Below, piece by piece: positions 38,601 through 53,600 of a stretch of DNA of 64,000 nucleotides. How positions within the stretch are numbered: the first letter of the stretch is position 1; every line of letters starts with the position of its first letter. The position numbers were made by a program, and so were the translations under genes. This DNA comes from Eledone cirrhosa (taxonomy: Eukaryota): positions 16,802,001-16,866,000 of the forward strand of contig OZ024757.1 in assembly GCA_964016885.1 (NCBI GenBank), in the 5' to 3' direction. Below the pieces are notes generated by a model that was given only the letters and a program-made list of their open reading frames with translations, had not been told where the DNA came from and did not search any database.

Positions 38601-41600
38601 ATGTCTGCTGTGTACCTCCAACTCCTGCAGGTCCATCTGTTACATTGCCGCCATCAATGTCTGCTGTGTTCCTCCAACTCCTGCAGGTCCATCTGTTACA
38701 TTGCCGCCATCAATGTCTGCTGTGTTCCTCCAACTCCTGCAGGTCCATCTGTTACATTGCCGCCATCAATGTCTGCTGTGTTCCAACTCCTGCAGGTCCA
38801 TCTGTTACATTGCCGCCATCAATGTCTGCTGTGTACCTCCAACTCCTGCAGGTCCATCTGTTACATTGGCGCCATCAATGTCTGCTGTGTACCTCCAACT
38901 CCTGCAGGTCCATCTGTTACATTGCCGCCATCAATGTCTGCTGTGTACCTCCAACTCCTGCAGGTCCATCTGTTACATTGCCGCCATCAATGTCTGCTGT
39001 GTACCTCCAACTCCTGCAGGTCCATCTGTTACATTGCCGCCATCAATGTCTGCTGTGTTCCAACTCCTGCAGGTCCATCTGTTACATTGCCGCCATCAAT
39101 GTCTGCTGTGTACCTCCAACTCCTGCAGGTCCATCTGTTACATTGCCGCCATCAATGTCTGCTGTGTTCCAACTCCTGCAGGTCCATCTGTTACATTGCC
39201 GCCATCAATGTCTGCTGTGTACCTCCAACTCCTGCAGGTCCATCTGTTACATTGCCGCCATCAATGTCTGCTGTGTTCCTCCAACTCCTGCAGGTCCATC
39301 TGTTACATTGCCACCATCAATGTCTGCTGTGTTCCTCCAACTCCTGCAGGTCCATCTGTTACATTGCCACCATCAATGTCTGCTGTGTTCCTCCAACTCC
39401 TGCAGGTCCATCTGTTACATTGCCACCATCAATGTCTGCTGTGTTCCTCCAACTCCTGCAGGTCCATCTGTTACATTGCCACCATCAATGTCTGCTGTGT
39501 TCCTCCAACTCCTGCAGGTCCATCTGTTACATTGCCACCATCAATGTCTGCTGTGTTCCAACTCCTGCAGATCCATCTGTTACATTGCCGCCATCAATGT
39601 CTGCTGTGTTCCCCCAACTCCTGCAGGTCCATCTGTTACATTGCCACCATCAATGTCTGTTGTGTTCCAACTCCTGCAGCTCCATCTGTTACATTGCCGC
39701 CATCAATGTCTGCTGTGTACCTCCAACTCCTGCAGGTCCATCTGTTACATTGCCACCATCAATGTCTGCTGTGTTCTTCCAACCCCTGCAGGTCCATCTG
39801 TTACATTGCCTCCATCAATGTCTGCTGTGTTCCTCCAACTCCTGCAGGTCCATCTGTTACATTGCCGCCATCAATGTCTGCTGTGTTCCTCCAACTCCTG
39901 CAGGTCCATCTGTTACATTGCCACCATCAATGTCTGCTGTGTTCCAACTCCTGCAGGTCCATCTGTTACATTGCCTCCATCAATGTCTGCTGTGTTCCAA
40001 CTCCTGCAGGTCCATCTGTTACATTGCCGCCATCAATGTCTGCTGTGTTCCTCCAACTCCTGCAGGTCCATCTGTTACATTGCCTCCATCAATGTCTGCT
40101 GTGTTCCAACTCCTGCAGGTCCATCTGTTACATTGCCGCCATCAATGTCTGCTGTGTACCTCCAACTCCTGCAGGTCCATCTGTTACATTGCCGCCATCA
40201 ATGTCTGCTGTGTACCTCCAACTCCTGCAGGTCCATCTGTTATATTGCCTCCATCAATGTCTGCTGTGTTCCAACTCCTGCAGGTCCATCTGTTACATTG
40301 CCGCCATCAATGTCTGCTGTGTTCCTCCAACTCCTGCAGGTCCATCTGTTACATTGCCTCCATCAATGTCTGCTGTGTTCCTCCAACTCCTGCAGGTCCA
40401 TCTGTTACATTGCCGCCATCAATGTCTGCTGTGTTCCTCCAACTCCTGCAGGTCCATCTGTTACATTGCCGCCATCAATGTCTGCTGTGTTCCAACTCCT
40501 GCAGGTCCATCTGTTACATTGCCACCATCAATGTCTGCTTTGTACCTCCAACTCCTGCAGGTCCATCTGTTACATTGCCGCCATCAATGTCTGCTGTGTT
40601 CCTCCAACTCCTGCAGGTCCATCTGTTACATTGCCGCCATCAATGTCTGCTGTGTTCCTCCAACTCCTGCAGGTCCATCTGTTACATTGCCGCCATCAAT
40701 GTCTGCTGTGTTCCTCCAACTCCTGCAGGTCCATCTGTTACATTGCCGCCATCAATGTCTGCTGTGTACCTCCAACTCCTGCAGGTCCATCTGTTACATT
40801 GCCACCATCAATGTCTGCTTTGTACCTCCAACTCCTGCAGGTCCATCTGTTACATTGCCGCCATCAATGTCTGCTGTGTTCCTCCAACTCCTGCAGGTCC
40901 ATCTGTTACATTGCCGCCATCAATGTCTGCTGTGTTCCTCCAACTCCTGCAGGTCCATCTGTTACATTGCCGCCATCAATGTCTGCTGTGTTCCTCCAAC
41001 TCCTGCAGGTCCATCTGTTACATTGCCGCCATCAATGTCTGCTGTGTACCTCCAACTCCTGCAGGTCCATCTGTTACATTGCCACCATCAATGTCTGCTG
41101 TGTACCTCCAACTCCTGCAGGTCCATCTGTTACATTGCCGCCATCAATGTCTGCTGTGTTCCTCCAACTCCTGCAGGTCCATCTGTTACATTGCCGCCAT
41201 CAATGTCTGCTGTGTTCCTCCAACTCCTGCAGGTCCATCTGTTACTTTGCCACCATCAATGTCTGCTGTGTTCCAACTCCTGCAGGTCCCATCTGTTACA
41301 TTGCCTCCATCAATGTCTGCTGTGTACTTCCAACTCCTGCAGGTCCATCTGTTACATTGCCGCCATCAATGTCTGCTGTGTTCCAACTCCTGCAGGTCCA
41401 TCTGTTACATTGCCTCCATCAATGTCTGCTGTGTACCTCCAACTCCTGCAGGTCCATCTGTTACATTGCCGCCATCAATGTCTGCTGTGTTCCAACTCCT
41501 GCAGGTCCATCTGTTACATTGCCTCCATCAATGTCTGCTGTGTACCTCCAACTCCTGCAGGTCCATCTGTTACATTGCCTCCATCAATGTCTGCTGTGTA

Positions 41601-44600
41601 CCTCCAACTCCTGCAGGTCCATCTGTTACTTTTCCACCATCAATGTCTGCTGTGTTCCAACTCCTGCAGGTCCCATCTGTTACATTGCCTCCATCAATGT
41701 CTGCTGTGTACCTCCAACTCCTGCAGGTCCATCTGTTACATTGCCTCCATCAATGTCTGCTGTGTACCTCCAACTCCTGCAGGTCCATCTGTTACATTGC
41801 CGCCATCAATGTCTGCTGTGTTCCAACTCCTGCAGGTCCATCTGTTACATTGCCGCCATCAATGTCTGCTGTGTACCTCCAACTCCTGCAGGTCCATCTG
41901 TTACATTGCCTCCATCAATGTCTGCTGTGTTCCTCCAACTCCTGCAGGTCCATCTGTTACATTGCCGCCATCAATGTCTGCTGTGTTCCAACTCCTGCAG
42001 GTCTCATCTGTTACACTGCCGCCATCAATGTCTGCTGTGTACCTCCAACTCCTGCAGGTCCCATCTGTAACATTGCCGCCATCAATGTCTGCTGTGTTCC
42101 TCCAACTCCTGCAGGTCCATCTGTTACATTGCCGCCATCAATGTCTGCTGTGTTCCAACTCCTGCAGGTCTCATCTGTTACATTGCCGCCATCAATGTCT
42201 GCTGTGTACCTCCAACTCCTGCAGGTCCATCTGTTACATTGCCGCCATCAATGTCTGCTGTGTTCCAACTCCTGCAGGTCTCATCTGTTACACTGCCGCC
42301 ATCAATGTCTGCTGTGTACCTCCAACTCCTGCAGGTCCATCTGTTACATTGCCGCCATCAATGTTTGCTGTGTACCTCCAACTCCTGCAGGTCCATCTGT
42401 TACATTGCCGCCATCAATGTCTGCTGTGTTCCAACTCCTGCAAGTCCATCTGTTACATTGCCGCCATCAATGTCTGCTGTGTACCTCCAACTCCTGCAGG
42501 TCCATCTCTTACATTGCCGCCATCAATGTCTGCTGTGCTCCTCCAACTCCTGCAGGTCCATCTGTTACATTGCCACCATCAATGTCTGCTGTGTTCCAAC
42601 TCCTGCAGGTCTCATCTGTTACATTGCCGCCATCAATGTCTGCTGTGTTCCTCCAACTCCTGCAGGTCCATCTGTTACATTGCCGCCATCAATGTCTGCT
42701 GTGTTCCAACTCCTGCAGGTCTCATCTGTTACACTGCCGGCATCAATGTCTGCTGTGTACCTCCAACTCCTGCAGGTCCATCTGTTACATTGCCGCCATC
42801 AATGTCTGCTGTGTTCCTCCAACTCCTGCAGGTCCATCTGTTACATTGCCACCATCAATGTCTGCTGTGTTCCTCCAACTCCTGCAGGTCCATCTGTTAC
42901 ATTGCCGCCATCAATGTCTGCTGTGTTCCTCCAACTCCTGCAGGTCCATCTGTTACATTGCCACCATCAATGTCTGCTGTGTTCCTCCAACTCCTGCAGG
43001 TCCATCTGTTACATTGCCGCCATCAATGTCTGCTGTGTTCCTCCAACCCCTGCAGGTCCATCTGTTACATTGCCTCCATCAATGTCTGCTGTGTACCTCC
43101 AACTCCTGCAGGTCCATCTGTTACATTGCCGCCATCAATGTCTGCTGTGTTCCTCCAACTCCTGCAGGTCCATCTGTTACATTGCCGCCATCAATGTCTG
43201 CTGTGTTCCTCCAACTCCTGCAGGTCCATCTGTTACATTGCCGCCATCAATGTCTGCTGTGTACCTCCAACTCCTGCAGGTCCATCTGTTACATTGCCGC
43301 CATCAATGTCTGCTGTGTTCCAACTCCTGCAGGTCCATCTGTTACATTGCCGCCATCAATGTCTGCTGTGTTCCTCCAACTTCTGCAGGTCCATCTGTTA
43401 CATTGCCTCCATCAATGTCTGCTGTGTTCCAACTCCTGCAGGTCCATCTGTTACATTGCCGCCATCAATGTCTGCTGTGTTCCAACTCCTGCAGGTCTCA
43501 TCTGTTACATTGCCACCATCAATGTCTGCTGTGTTCCTCCAACTCCTGCAGGTCTCATCTGTTACATTGCCACCATCAATGTCTGCTGTGTTCCTCCAAC
43601 TCCTGCAGGTCCATCTGTTACATTGCCGCCATCAATGTCTGCTGTGTTCCAACTCCTGCAGGTCTCATCTGTTACATTGCCGCCATCAATGTCTGCTGTG
43701 TACCTCCAACTCCTGCAGGTCCATCTGTTACATTGCCTCCATCAATGTCTGCTGTGTTCCTCCAACTCCTGCAGGTCCATCTGTTACATTGCCGCCATCA
43801 ATGTCTGCTGTGTTCCTCCAACTCCTGCAGGTCCATCTGTTACATTGCCTCCATCAATGTCTGCTGTGTTCCTTCAACTCCTGCAGGTCGATCTGTTACA
43901 TTGCCTCCATCAATGTCTGCTGTGTTCCTCCAACTCCTGCAGGTCCATCTGTTACATTGCTGCCATCAATGTCTGCTGTGTTCCAACTCCTGCAGGTCTC
44001 ATCTGTTACATTGCCGCCATCAATGTCTGCTGTGTTCCTCCAACTCCTGCAGGTCCATCTGTTACATTGCCGCCATCAATGTCTGCTGTGTACCTCCAAC
44101 TCCTGCAAGTCCATCTGTTACATTGCCGCCATCAATGTCTGCTGTGTTCCAACTCCTGCAGGTCCATCTGTTACATTGCCACCATCAATGTCTGCTGTGT
44201 TCCTCCAACTCCTGCAGGTCCATCTGTTACATTGCCGCCATCAATGTCTGCTGTGTACCTCCAACACCTGCAAGTCCATCTGTTACATTGCCGCCATCAA
44301 TGTCTGCTGTGTTCCAACTCCTGCAGGTCCATCTGTTACATTGCCACCATCAATGTCTGCTGTGTTCCTCCAACCCCTGCAGGTCCATCTGTTACATTGC
44401 CTCCATCAATGTCTGCTGTGTTCCTCCAACTCCTGCAGGTCCATCTGTTACATTGCCGCCATCAATGTCTGCTGTGTTCCTCCAACTCCTGCAGGTCCAT
44501 CTGTTACATTGCCACCATCAATGTCTGCTGTGTTCCTCCAACTCCTGCAGGTCCATCTGTTACATTGCCGCCATCAATGTCTGCTGTGTACCTCCAACTC

Positions 44601-47600
44601 CTGCAGGTCCATCTGTTACATTGCCGCCATCAATGTCTGCTGTGTACCTCCAACTCCTGCAGGTCCCATCTGTTACATTGCCCCCATCAATGTCTGCTGT
44701 GTTCCTCCAACCCCTGCAGGTCCATCTGTTACATTGCCTCCATCAATGTCTGCTGTGTTCCTCCAACTCCTGCAGGTCCATCTGTTACATTGCCGCCATC
44801 AATGTCTGCTGTGTTCCTCCAACTCCTGCAGGTCCATCTGTTACATTGCCGCCATCAATGTCTGCTGTGTTCCAACTCCTGCAGGTCCATCTGTTACATT
44901 GCCGCCATCAATGTCTGCTGTGTTCCAACTCCTGCAGGTCCATCTGTTACATTGCCACCATCAATGTCTGCTGTGTTCCTCCAACTCCTGCAGGTCCATC
45001 TGTTACATTGCCGCCATCAATGTCTGCTGTGTTCCAACTCCTGCAGGTCCATCTGTTACATTGCCACCATCAATGTCTGCTGTGTTCCTCCAACTCCTGC
45101 AGGTCCATCTGTTACATTGCCGCCATCAATGTCTGCTGTGTTCCAACTCCTGCAGGTCCATCTGTTACATTGCCGCCATCAATGTCTGCTGTGTTCCTCC
45201 AACTCCTGCAGGTCCATCTGTTACATTGCCGCCATCAATGTCTGCTGTGTACCTCCAACTCCTGCAGGTCCATCTGTTACATTACCTCCATCAATGTCTG
45301 CTGTGTACCTCCAACTCCTGCAGGTCCATCTGTTACATTGCCTCCATCAATGTCTGCTGTGTTCCAACTCCTGCAGGTCCATCTGTTACATTGCCGCCAT
45401 CAATGTCTGTTGTGTTCCTCCAACTCCTGCAGGTCCATCTGTTACATTGCCTCCATCAATGTCTGCTGTGTACCTCCAACTCCTGCAGGTCCATCTGTTA
45501 CATTGCCGCCATCAATGTCTGCTGTGTACCTCCAACTCCTGCAGGTCCATCTCTTACATTGCCGCCATCAATGTCTGCTGTGTACCTCCAACTCCTGCAG
45601 GTCCATCTGTTACATTCCCGCCATCAATGTCTGCTGTGTACCTCCAACTCCTGCAGGTCCATCTCTTACATTGCCGCCATCAATGTCTGCTGTGTACCTC
45701 CAACTCCTGCAGGTCCATCTGTTACATTGCCGCCATCAATGTCTGCTGTGTTCCTCCAACTCCTGCAGGTCCATCTGTTACATTGCCGCCATCAATGTCT
45801 GCTGTGTTCCAACTCCTGCAGGTCTCATCTGTTACATTGCCGCCATCAATGTCTGCTGTGTTCCAACTCCTGCAGGTCCCATCTGTTACATTGCCTCCAT
45901 CAATGTCTGCTGTGTACCTCCAACTCCTGCAGGTCCATCTGTTACTTTGCCACCATCAATGTCTGCTGTGTTCCAACTCCTGCAGGTGCCATCTGTTACA
46001 TTGCCTCCATCAATGTCTGCTGTGTACCTCCAACTCCTGCAGGTCCATCTGTTACATTGCCTCCATCAATGTCTGCTGTGTTCCTCCAACTCCTGCAGGT
46101 CCATCTTTTACATTGCCGCCATCAATGTCTGCTGTGTTCCAACTCCTGCAGCTCCATCTGTTACATTGCCGCCATCAATGTCTGCTGTGTTCCTCCAACT
46201 CCTGCAGGTCCATCTGTTACATTGCCGCCATCAATGTCTGCTGTGTTCCTCCAACTCCTGCAGGTCCATCTGTTACATTGCCGCCATCAATGTCTGCTGT
46301 GTACCTCCAACTCCTGCAGGTCCATCTGTTACATTGCCTCCATCAATGTCTGCTGTGTTCCTCCAACTCCTGCAGGTCCATCTGTTACATTGCCGCCATC
46401 AATGTCTGCTGTGTTCCAACTCCTGCAGGTCCATCTGTTACATTGCCGCCATCAATGTCTGCTGTGTTCCTCCAACTCCTGCAGGTCCATCTGTTACATT
46501 GCCGCCATCAATGTCTGCTGTGTTCCTCCAACTCCTGCAGGTCCATCTGTTACATTGCCGCCATCAATGTCTGCTGTGTTCCTCCAACTCCTGCAGGTCC
46601 ATCTGTTACATTGGCGCCATCAATGTCTGCTGTGTACCTCCAACTCCTGCAGGTCCATCTGTTACATTGCCGCCATCAATGTCTGCTGTGTTCCTCCAAC
46701 TCCTGCAGGTCCATCTGTTACATTGCCGCCATCAATGTCTGCTGTGTTCCAACTCCTGCAGGTCCATCTGTTACATTGCCGCCATCAATGTCTGCTGTGT
46801 ACCTCCAACTCCTGCAGGTCCATCTGTTACATTGGCGCCATCAATGTCTGCTGTGTACCTCCAACTCCTGCAGGTCCATCTGTTACATTGCCGCCATCAA
46901 TGTCTGCTGTGTACCTCCAACTCCTGCAGGTCCATCTGTTACATTGCCGCCATCAATGTCTGCTGTGTACCTCCAACTCCTGCAGGTCCATCTGTTACAT
47001 TGCCGCCATCAATGTCTGCTGTGTTCCAACTCCTGCAGGTCCATCTGTTACATTGCCGCCATCAATGTCTGCTGTGTACCTCCAACTCCTGCAGGTCCAT
47101 CTGTTACATTGCCGCCATCAATGTCTGCTGTGTTCCAACTCCTGCAGGTCCATCTGTTACATTGCCGCCATCAATGTCTGCTGTGTACCTCCAACTCCTG
47201 CAGGTCCATCTGTTACATTGCCGCCATCAATGTCTGCTGTGTTCCTCCAACTCCTGCAGGTCCATCTGTTACATTGCCACCATCAATGTCTGCTGTGTTC
47301 CTCCAACTCCTGCAGGTCCATCTGTTACATTGCCACCATCAATGTCTGCTGTGTTCCTCCAACTCCTGCAGGTCCATCTGTTACATTGCCACCATCAATG
47401 TCTGCTGTGTTCCTCCAACTCCTGCAGGTCCATCTGTTACATTGCCACCATCAATGTCTGCTGTGTTCCTCCAACTCCTGCAGGTCCATCTGTTACATTG
47501 CCACCATCAATGTCTGCTGTGTTCCAACTCCTGCAGATCCATCTGTTACATTGCCGCCATCAATGTCTGCTGTGTTCCCCCAACTCCTGCAGGTCCATCT

Positions 47601-50600
47601 GTTACATTGCCACCATCAATGTCTGTTGTGTTCCAACTCCTGCAGCTCCATCTGTTACATTGCCGCCATCAATGTCTGCTGTGTACCTCCAACTCCTGCA
47701 GGTCCATCTGTTACATTGCCACCATCAATGTCTGCTGTGTTCTTCCAACCCCTGCAGGTCCATCTGTTACATTGCCTCCATCAATGTCTGCTGTGTTCCT
47801 CCAACTCCTGCAGGTCCATCTGTTACATTGCCGCCATCAATGTCTGCTGTGTTCCTCCAACTCCTGCAGGTCCATCTGTTACATTGCCACCATCAATGTC
47901 TGCTGTGTTCCAACTCCTGCAGGTCCATCTGTTACATTGCCTCCATCAATGTCTGCTGTGTTCCAACTCCTGCAGGTCCATCTGTTACATTGCCGCCATC
48001 AATGTCTGCTGTGTTCCTCCAACTCCTGCAGGTCCATCTGTTACATTGCCTCCATCAATGTCTGCTGTGTTCCAACTCCTGCAGGTCCATCTGTTACATT
48101 GCCGCCATCAATGTCTGCTGTGTACCTCCAACTCCTGCAGGTCCATCTGTTACATTGCCGCCATCAATGTCTGCTGTGTACCTCCAACTCCTGCAGGTCC
48201 ATCTGTTATATTGCCTCCATCAATGTCTGCTGTGTTCCAACTCCTGCAGGTCCATCTGTTACATTGCCGCCATCAATGTCTGCTGTGTTCCTCCAACTCC
48301 TGCAGGTCCATCTGTTACATTGCCTCCATCAATGTCTGCTGTGTTCCTCCAACTCCTGCAGGTCCATCTGTTACATTGCCGCCATCAATGTCTGCTGTGT
48401 TCCTCCAACTCCTGCAGGTCCATCTGTTACATTGCCGCCATCAATGTCTGCTGTGTTCCAACTCCTGCAGGTCCATCTGTTACATTGCCACCATCAATGT
48501 CTGCTTTGTACCTCCAACTCCTGCAGGTCCATCTGTTACATTGCCGCCATCAATGTCTGCTGTGTTCCTCCAACTCCTGCAGGTCCATCTGTTACATTGC
48601 CGCCATCAATGTCTGCTGTGTTCCTCCAACTCCTGCAGGTCCATCTGTTACATTGCCGCCATCAATGTCTGCTGTGTTCCTCCAACTCCTGCAGGTCCAT
48701 CTGTTACATTGCCGCCATCAATGTCTGCTGTGTACCTCCAACTCCTGCAGGTCCATCTGTTACATTGCCACCATCAATGTCTGCTTTGTACCTCCAACTC
48801 CTGCAGGTCCATCTGTTACATTGCCGCCATCAATGTCTGCTGTGTTCCTCCAACTCCTGCAGGTCCATCTGTTACATTGCCGCCATCAATGTCTGCTGTG
48901 TTCCTCCAACTCCTGCAGGTCCATCTGTTACATTGCCGCCATCAATGTCTGCTGTGTTCCTCCAACTCCTGCAGGTCCATCTGTTACATTGCCGCCATCA
49001 ATGTCTGCTGTGTACCTCCAACTCCTGCAGGTCCATCTGTTACATTGCCACCATCAATGTCTGCTGTGTACCTCCAACTCCTGCAGGTCCATCTGTTACA
49101 TTGCCGCCATCAATGTCTGCTGTGTTCCTCCAACTCCTGCAGGTCCATCTGTTACATTGCCGCCATCAATGTCTGCTGTGTTCCTCCAACTCCTGCAGGT
49201 CCATCTGTTACTTTGCCACCATCAATGTCTGCTGTGTTCCAACTCCTGCAGGTCCCATCTGTTACATTGCCTCCATCAATGTCTGCTGTGTACTTCCAAC
49301 TCCTGCAGGTCCATCTGTTACATTGCCGCCATCAATGTCTGCTGTGTTCCAACTCCTGCAGGTCCATCTGTTACATTGCCTCCATCAATGTCTGCTGTGT
49401 ACCTCCAACTCCTGCAGGTCCATCTGTTACATTGCCGCCATCAATGTCTGCTGTGTTCCAACTCCTGCAGGTCCATCTGTTACATTGCCTCCATCAATGT
49501 CTGCTGTGTACCTCCAACTCCTGCAGGTCCATCTGTTACATTGCCTCCATCAATGTCTGCTGTGTACCTCCAACTCCTGCAGGTCCATCTGTTACTTTTC
49601 CACCATCAATGTCTGCTGTGTTCCAACTCCTGCAGGTCCCATCTGTTACATTGCCTCCATCAATGTCTGCTGTGTACCTCCAACTCCTGCAGGTCCATCT
49701 GTTACATTGCCTCCATCAATGTCTGCTGTGTACCTCCAACTCCTGCAGGTCCATCTGTTACATTGCCGCCATCAATGTCTGCTGTGTACCTCCAACTCCT
49801 GCAGGTCCATCTGTTACATTGCCTCCATCAATGTCTGCTGTGTTCCTCCAACTCCTGCAGGTCCATCTGTTACATTGCCGCCATCAATGTCTGCTGTGTT
49901 CCAACTCCTGCAGGTCTCATCTGTTACACTGCCGCCATCAATGTCTGCTGTGTACCTCCAACTCCTGCAGGTCCCATCTGTAACATTGCCGCCATCAATG
50001 TCTGCTGTGTTCCTCCAACTCCTGCAGGTCCATCTGTTACATTGCCGCCATCAATGTCTGCTGTGTTCCAACTCCTGCAGGTCTCATCTGTTACATTGCC
50101 GCCATCAATGTCTGCTGTGTACCTCCAACTCCTGCAGGTCCATCTGTTACATTGCCGCCATCAATGTCTGCTGTGTTCCAACTCCTGCAGGTCTCATCTG
50201 TTACACTGCCGCCATCAATGTCTGCTGTGTACCTCCAACTCCTGCAGGTCCATCTGTTACATTGCCGCCATCAATGTTTGCTGTGTACCTCCAACTCCTG
50301 CAGGTCCATCTGTTACATAGCCGCCATCAATGTCTGCTGTGTTCCAACTCCTGCAAGTCCATCTGTTACATTGCCGCCATCAATGTCTGCTGTGTACCTC
50401 CAACTCCTGCAGGTCCATCTCTTACATTGCCGCCATCAATGTCTGCTGTGCTCCTCCAACTCCTGCAGGTCCATCTGTTACATTGCCACCATCAATGTCT
50501 GCTGTGTTCCAACTCCTGCAGGTCTCATCTGTTACATTGCCGCCATCAATGTCTGCTGTGTTCCTCCAACTCCTGCAGGTCCATCTGTTACATTGCCGCC

Positions 50601-53600
50601 ATCAATGTCTGCTGTGTTCCAACTCCTGCAGGTCTCATCTGTTACACTGCCGGCATCAATGTCTGCTGTGTACCTCCAACTCCTGCAGGTCCATCTGTTA
50701 CATTGCCGCCATCAATGTCTGCTGTGTTCCTCCAACTCCTGCAGGTCCATCTGTTACATTGCCACCATCAATGTCTGCTGTGTTCCTCCAACTCCTGCAG
50801 GTCCATCTGTTACATTGCCGCCATCAATGTCTGCTGTGTTCCTCCAACTCCTGCAGGTCCATCTGTTACATTGCCACCATCAATGTCTGCTGTGTTCTTC
50901 CAACTCCTGCAGGTCCATCTGTTACATTGCCGCCATCAATGTCTGCTGTGTTCCTCCAACCCCTGCAGGTCCATCTGTTACATTGCCTCCATCAATGTCT
51001 GCTGTGTACCTCCAACTCCTGCAGGTCCATCTGTTACATTGCCGCCATCAATGTCTGCTGTGTTCCTCCAACTCCTGCAGGTCCATCTGTTACATTGCCG
51101 CCATCAATGTCTGCTGTGTTCCTCCAACTCCTGCAGGTCCATCTGTTACATTGCCGCCATCAATGTCTGCTGTGTACCTCCAACTCCTGCAGGTCCATCT
51201 GTTACATTGCCGCCATCAATGTCTGCTGTGTTCCAACTCCTGCAGGTCCATCTGTTACATTGCCGCCATCAATGTCTGCTGTGTTCCTCCAACTTCTGCA
51301 GGTCCATCTGTTACATTGCCTCCATCAATGTCTGCTGTGTTCCAACTCCTGCAGGTCCATCTGTTACATTGCCGCCATCAATGTCTGCTGTGTTCCAACT
51401 CCTGCAGGTCTCATCTGTTACATTGCCACCATCAATGTCTGCTGTGTTCCTCCAACTCCTGCAGGTCTCATCTGTTACATTGCCACCATCAATGTCTGCT
51501 GTGTTCCTCCAACTCCTGCAGGTCCATCTGTTACATTGCCGCCATCAATGTCTGCTGTGTTCCAACTCCTGCAGGTCTCATCTGTTACATTGCCGCCATC
51601 AATGTCTGCTGTGTACCTCCAACTCCTGCAGGTCCATCTGTTACATTGCCTCCATCAATGTCTGCTGTGTTCCTCCAACTCCTGCAGGTCCATCTGTTAC
51701 ATTGCCGCCATCAATGTCTGCTGTGTTCCTCCAACTCCTGCAGGTCCATCTGTTACATTGCCTCCATCAATGTCTGCTGTGTTCCTTCAACTCCTGCAGG
51801 TCCATCTGTTACATTGCCTCCATCAATGTCTGCTGTGTTCCTCCAACTCCTGCAGGTCCATCTGTTACATTGCTGCCATCAATGTCTGCTGTGTTCCAAC
51901 TCCTGCAGGTCTCATCTGTTACATTGCCGCCATCAATGTCTGCTGTGTTCCTCCAACTCCTGCAGGTCCATCTGTTACATTGCCGCCATCAATGTCTGCT
52001 GTGTTCCAACTCCTGCAGGTCCATCTGTTACATTGCCACCATCAATGTCTGCTGTGTTCCTCCAACTCCTGCAGGTCCATCTGTTACATTGCCGCCATCA
52101 ATGTCTGCTGTGTTCCAACTCCTGCAGGTCCATCTGTTACATTGCCACCATCAATGTCTGCTGTGTTCCTCCAACTCCTGCAGGTCCATCTGTTACATTG
52201 CCGCCATCAATGTCTGCTGTGTACCTCCAACACCTGCAAGTCCATCTGTTACATTGCCGCCATCAATGTCTGCTGTGTTCCAACTCCTGCAGGTCCATCT
52301 GTTACATTGCCACCATCAATGTCTGCTGTGTTCCTCCAACCCCTGCAGGTCCATCTGTTACATTGCCTCCATCAATGTCTGCTGTGTTCCTCCAACTCCT
52401 GCAGGTCCATCTGTTACATTGCCGCCATCAATGTCTGCTGTGTTCCTCCAACTCCTGCAGGTCCATCTGTTACATTGCCACCATCAATGTCTGCTGTGTT
52501 CCTCCAACTCCTGCAGGTCCATCTGTTACATTGCCGCCATCAATGTCTGCTGTGTACCTCCAACTCCTGCAGGTCCATCTGTTACATTGCCGCCATCAAT
52601 GTCTGCTGTGTACCTCCAACTCCTGCAGGTCCCATCTGTTACATTGCCCCCATCAATGTCTGCTGTGTTCCTCCAACCCCTGCAGGTCCATCTGTTACAT
52701 TGCCTCCATCAATGTCTGCTGTGTTCCTCCAACTCCTGCAGGTCCATCTGTTACATTGCCGCCATCAATGTCTGCTGTGTTCCTCCAACTCCTGCAGGTC
52801 CATCTGTTACATTGCCGCCATCAATGTCTGCTGTGTTCCAACTCCTGCAGGTCCATCTGTTACATTGCCGCCATCAATGTCTGCTGTGTTCCAACTCCTG
52901 CAGGTCCATCTGTTACATTGCCACCATCAATGTCTGCTGTGTTCCTCCAACTCCTGCAGGTCCATCTGTTACATTGCCGCCATCAATGTCTGCTGTGTTC
53001 CAACTCCTGCAGGTCCATCTGTTACATTGCCACCATCAATGTCTGCTGTGTTCCTCCAACTCCTGCAGGTCCATCTGTTACATTGCCGCCATCAATGTCT
53101 GCTGTGTTCCAACTCCTGCAGGTCCATCTGTTACATTGCCGCCATCAATGTCTGCTGTGTTCCTCCAACTCCTGCAGGTCCATCTGTTACATTGCCGCCA
53201 TCAATGTCTGCTGTGTACCTCCAACTCCTGCAGGTCCATCTGTTACATTACCTCCATCAATGTCTGCTGTGTACCTCCAACTCCTGCAGGTCCATCTGTT
53301 ACATTGCCTCCATCAATGTCTGCTGTGTTCCAACTCCTGCAGGTCCATCTGTTACATTGCCGCCATCAATGTCTGTTGTGTTCCTCCAACTCCTGCAGGT
53401 CCATCTGTTACATTGCCTCCATCAATGTCTGCTGTGTACCTCCAACTCCTGCAGGTCCATCTGTTACATTGCCGCCATCAATGTCTGCTGTGTACCTCCA
53501 ACTCCTGCAGGTCCATCTCTTACATTGCCGCCATCAATGTCTGCTGTGTACCTCCAACTCCTGCAGGTCCATCTGTTACATTCCCGCCATCAATGTCTGC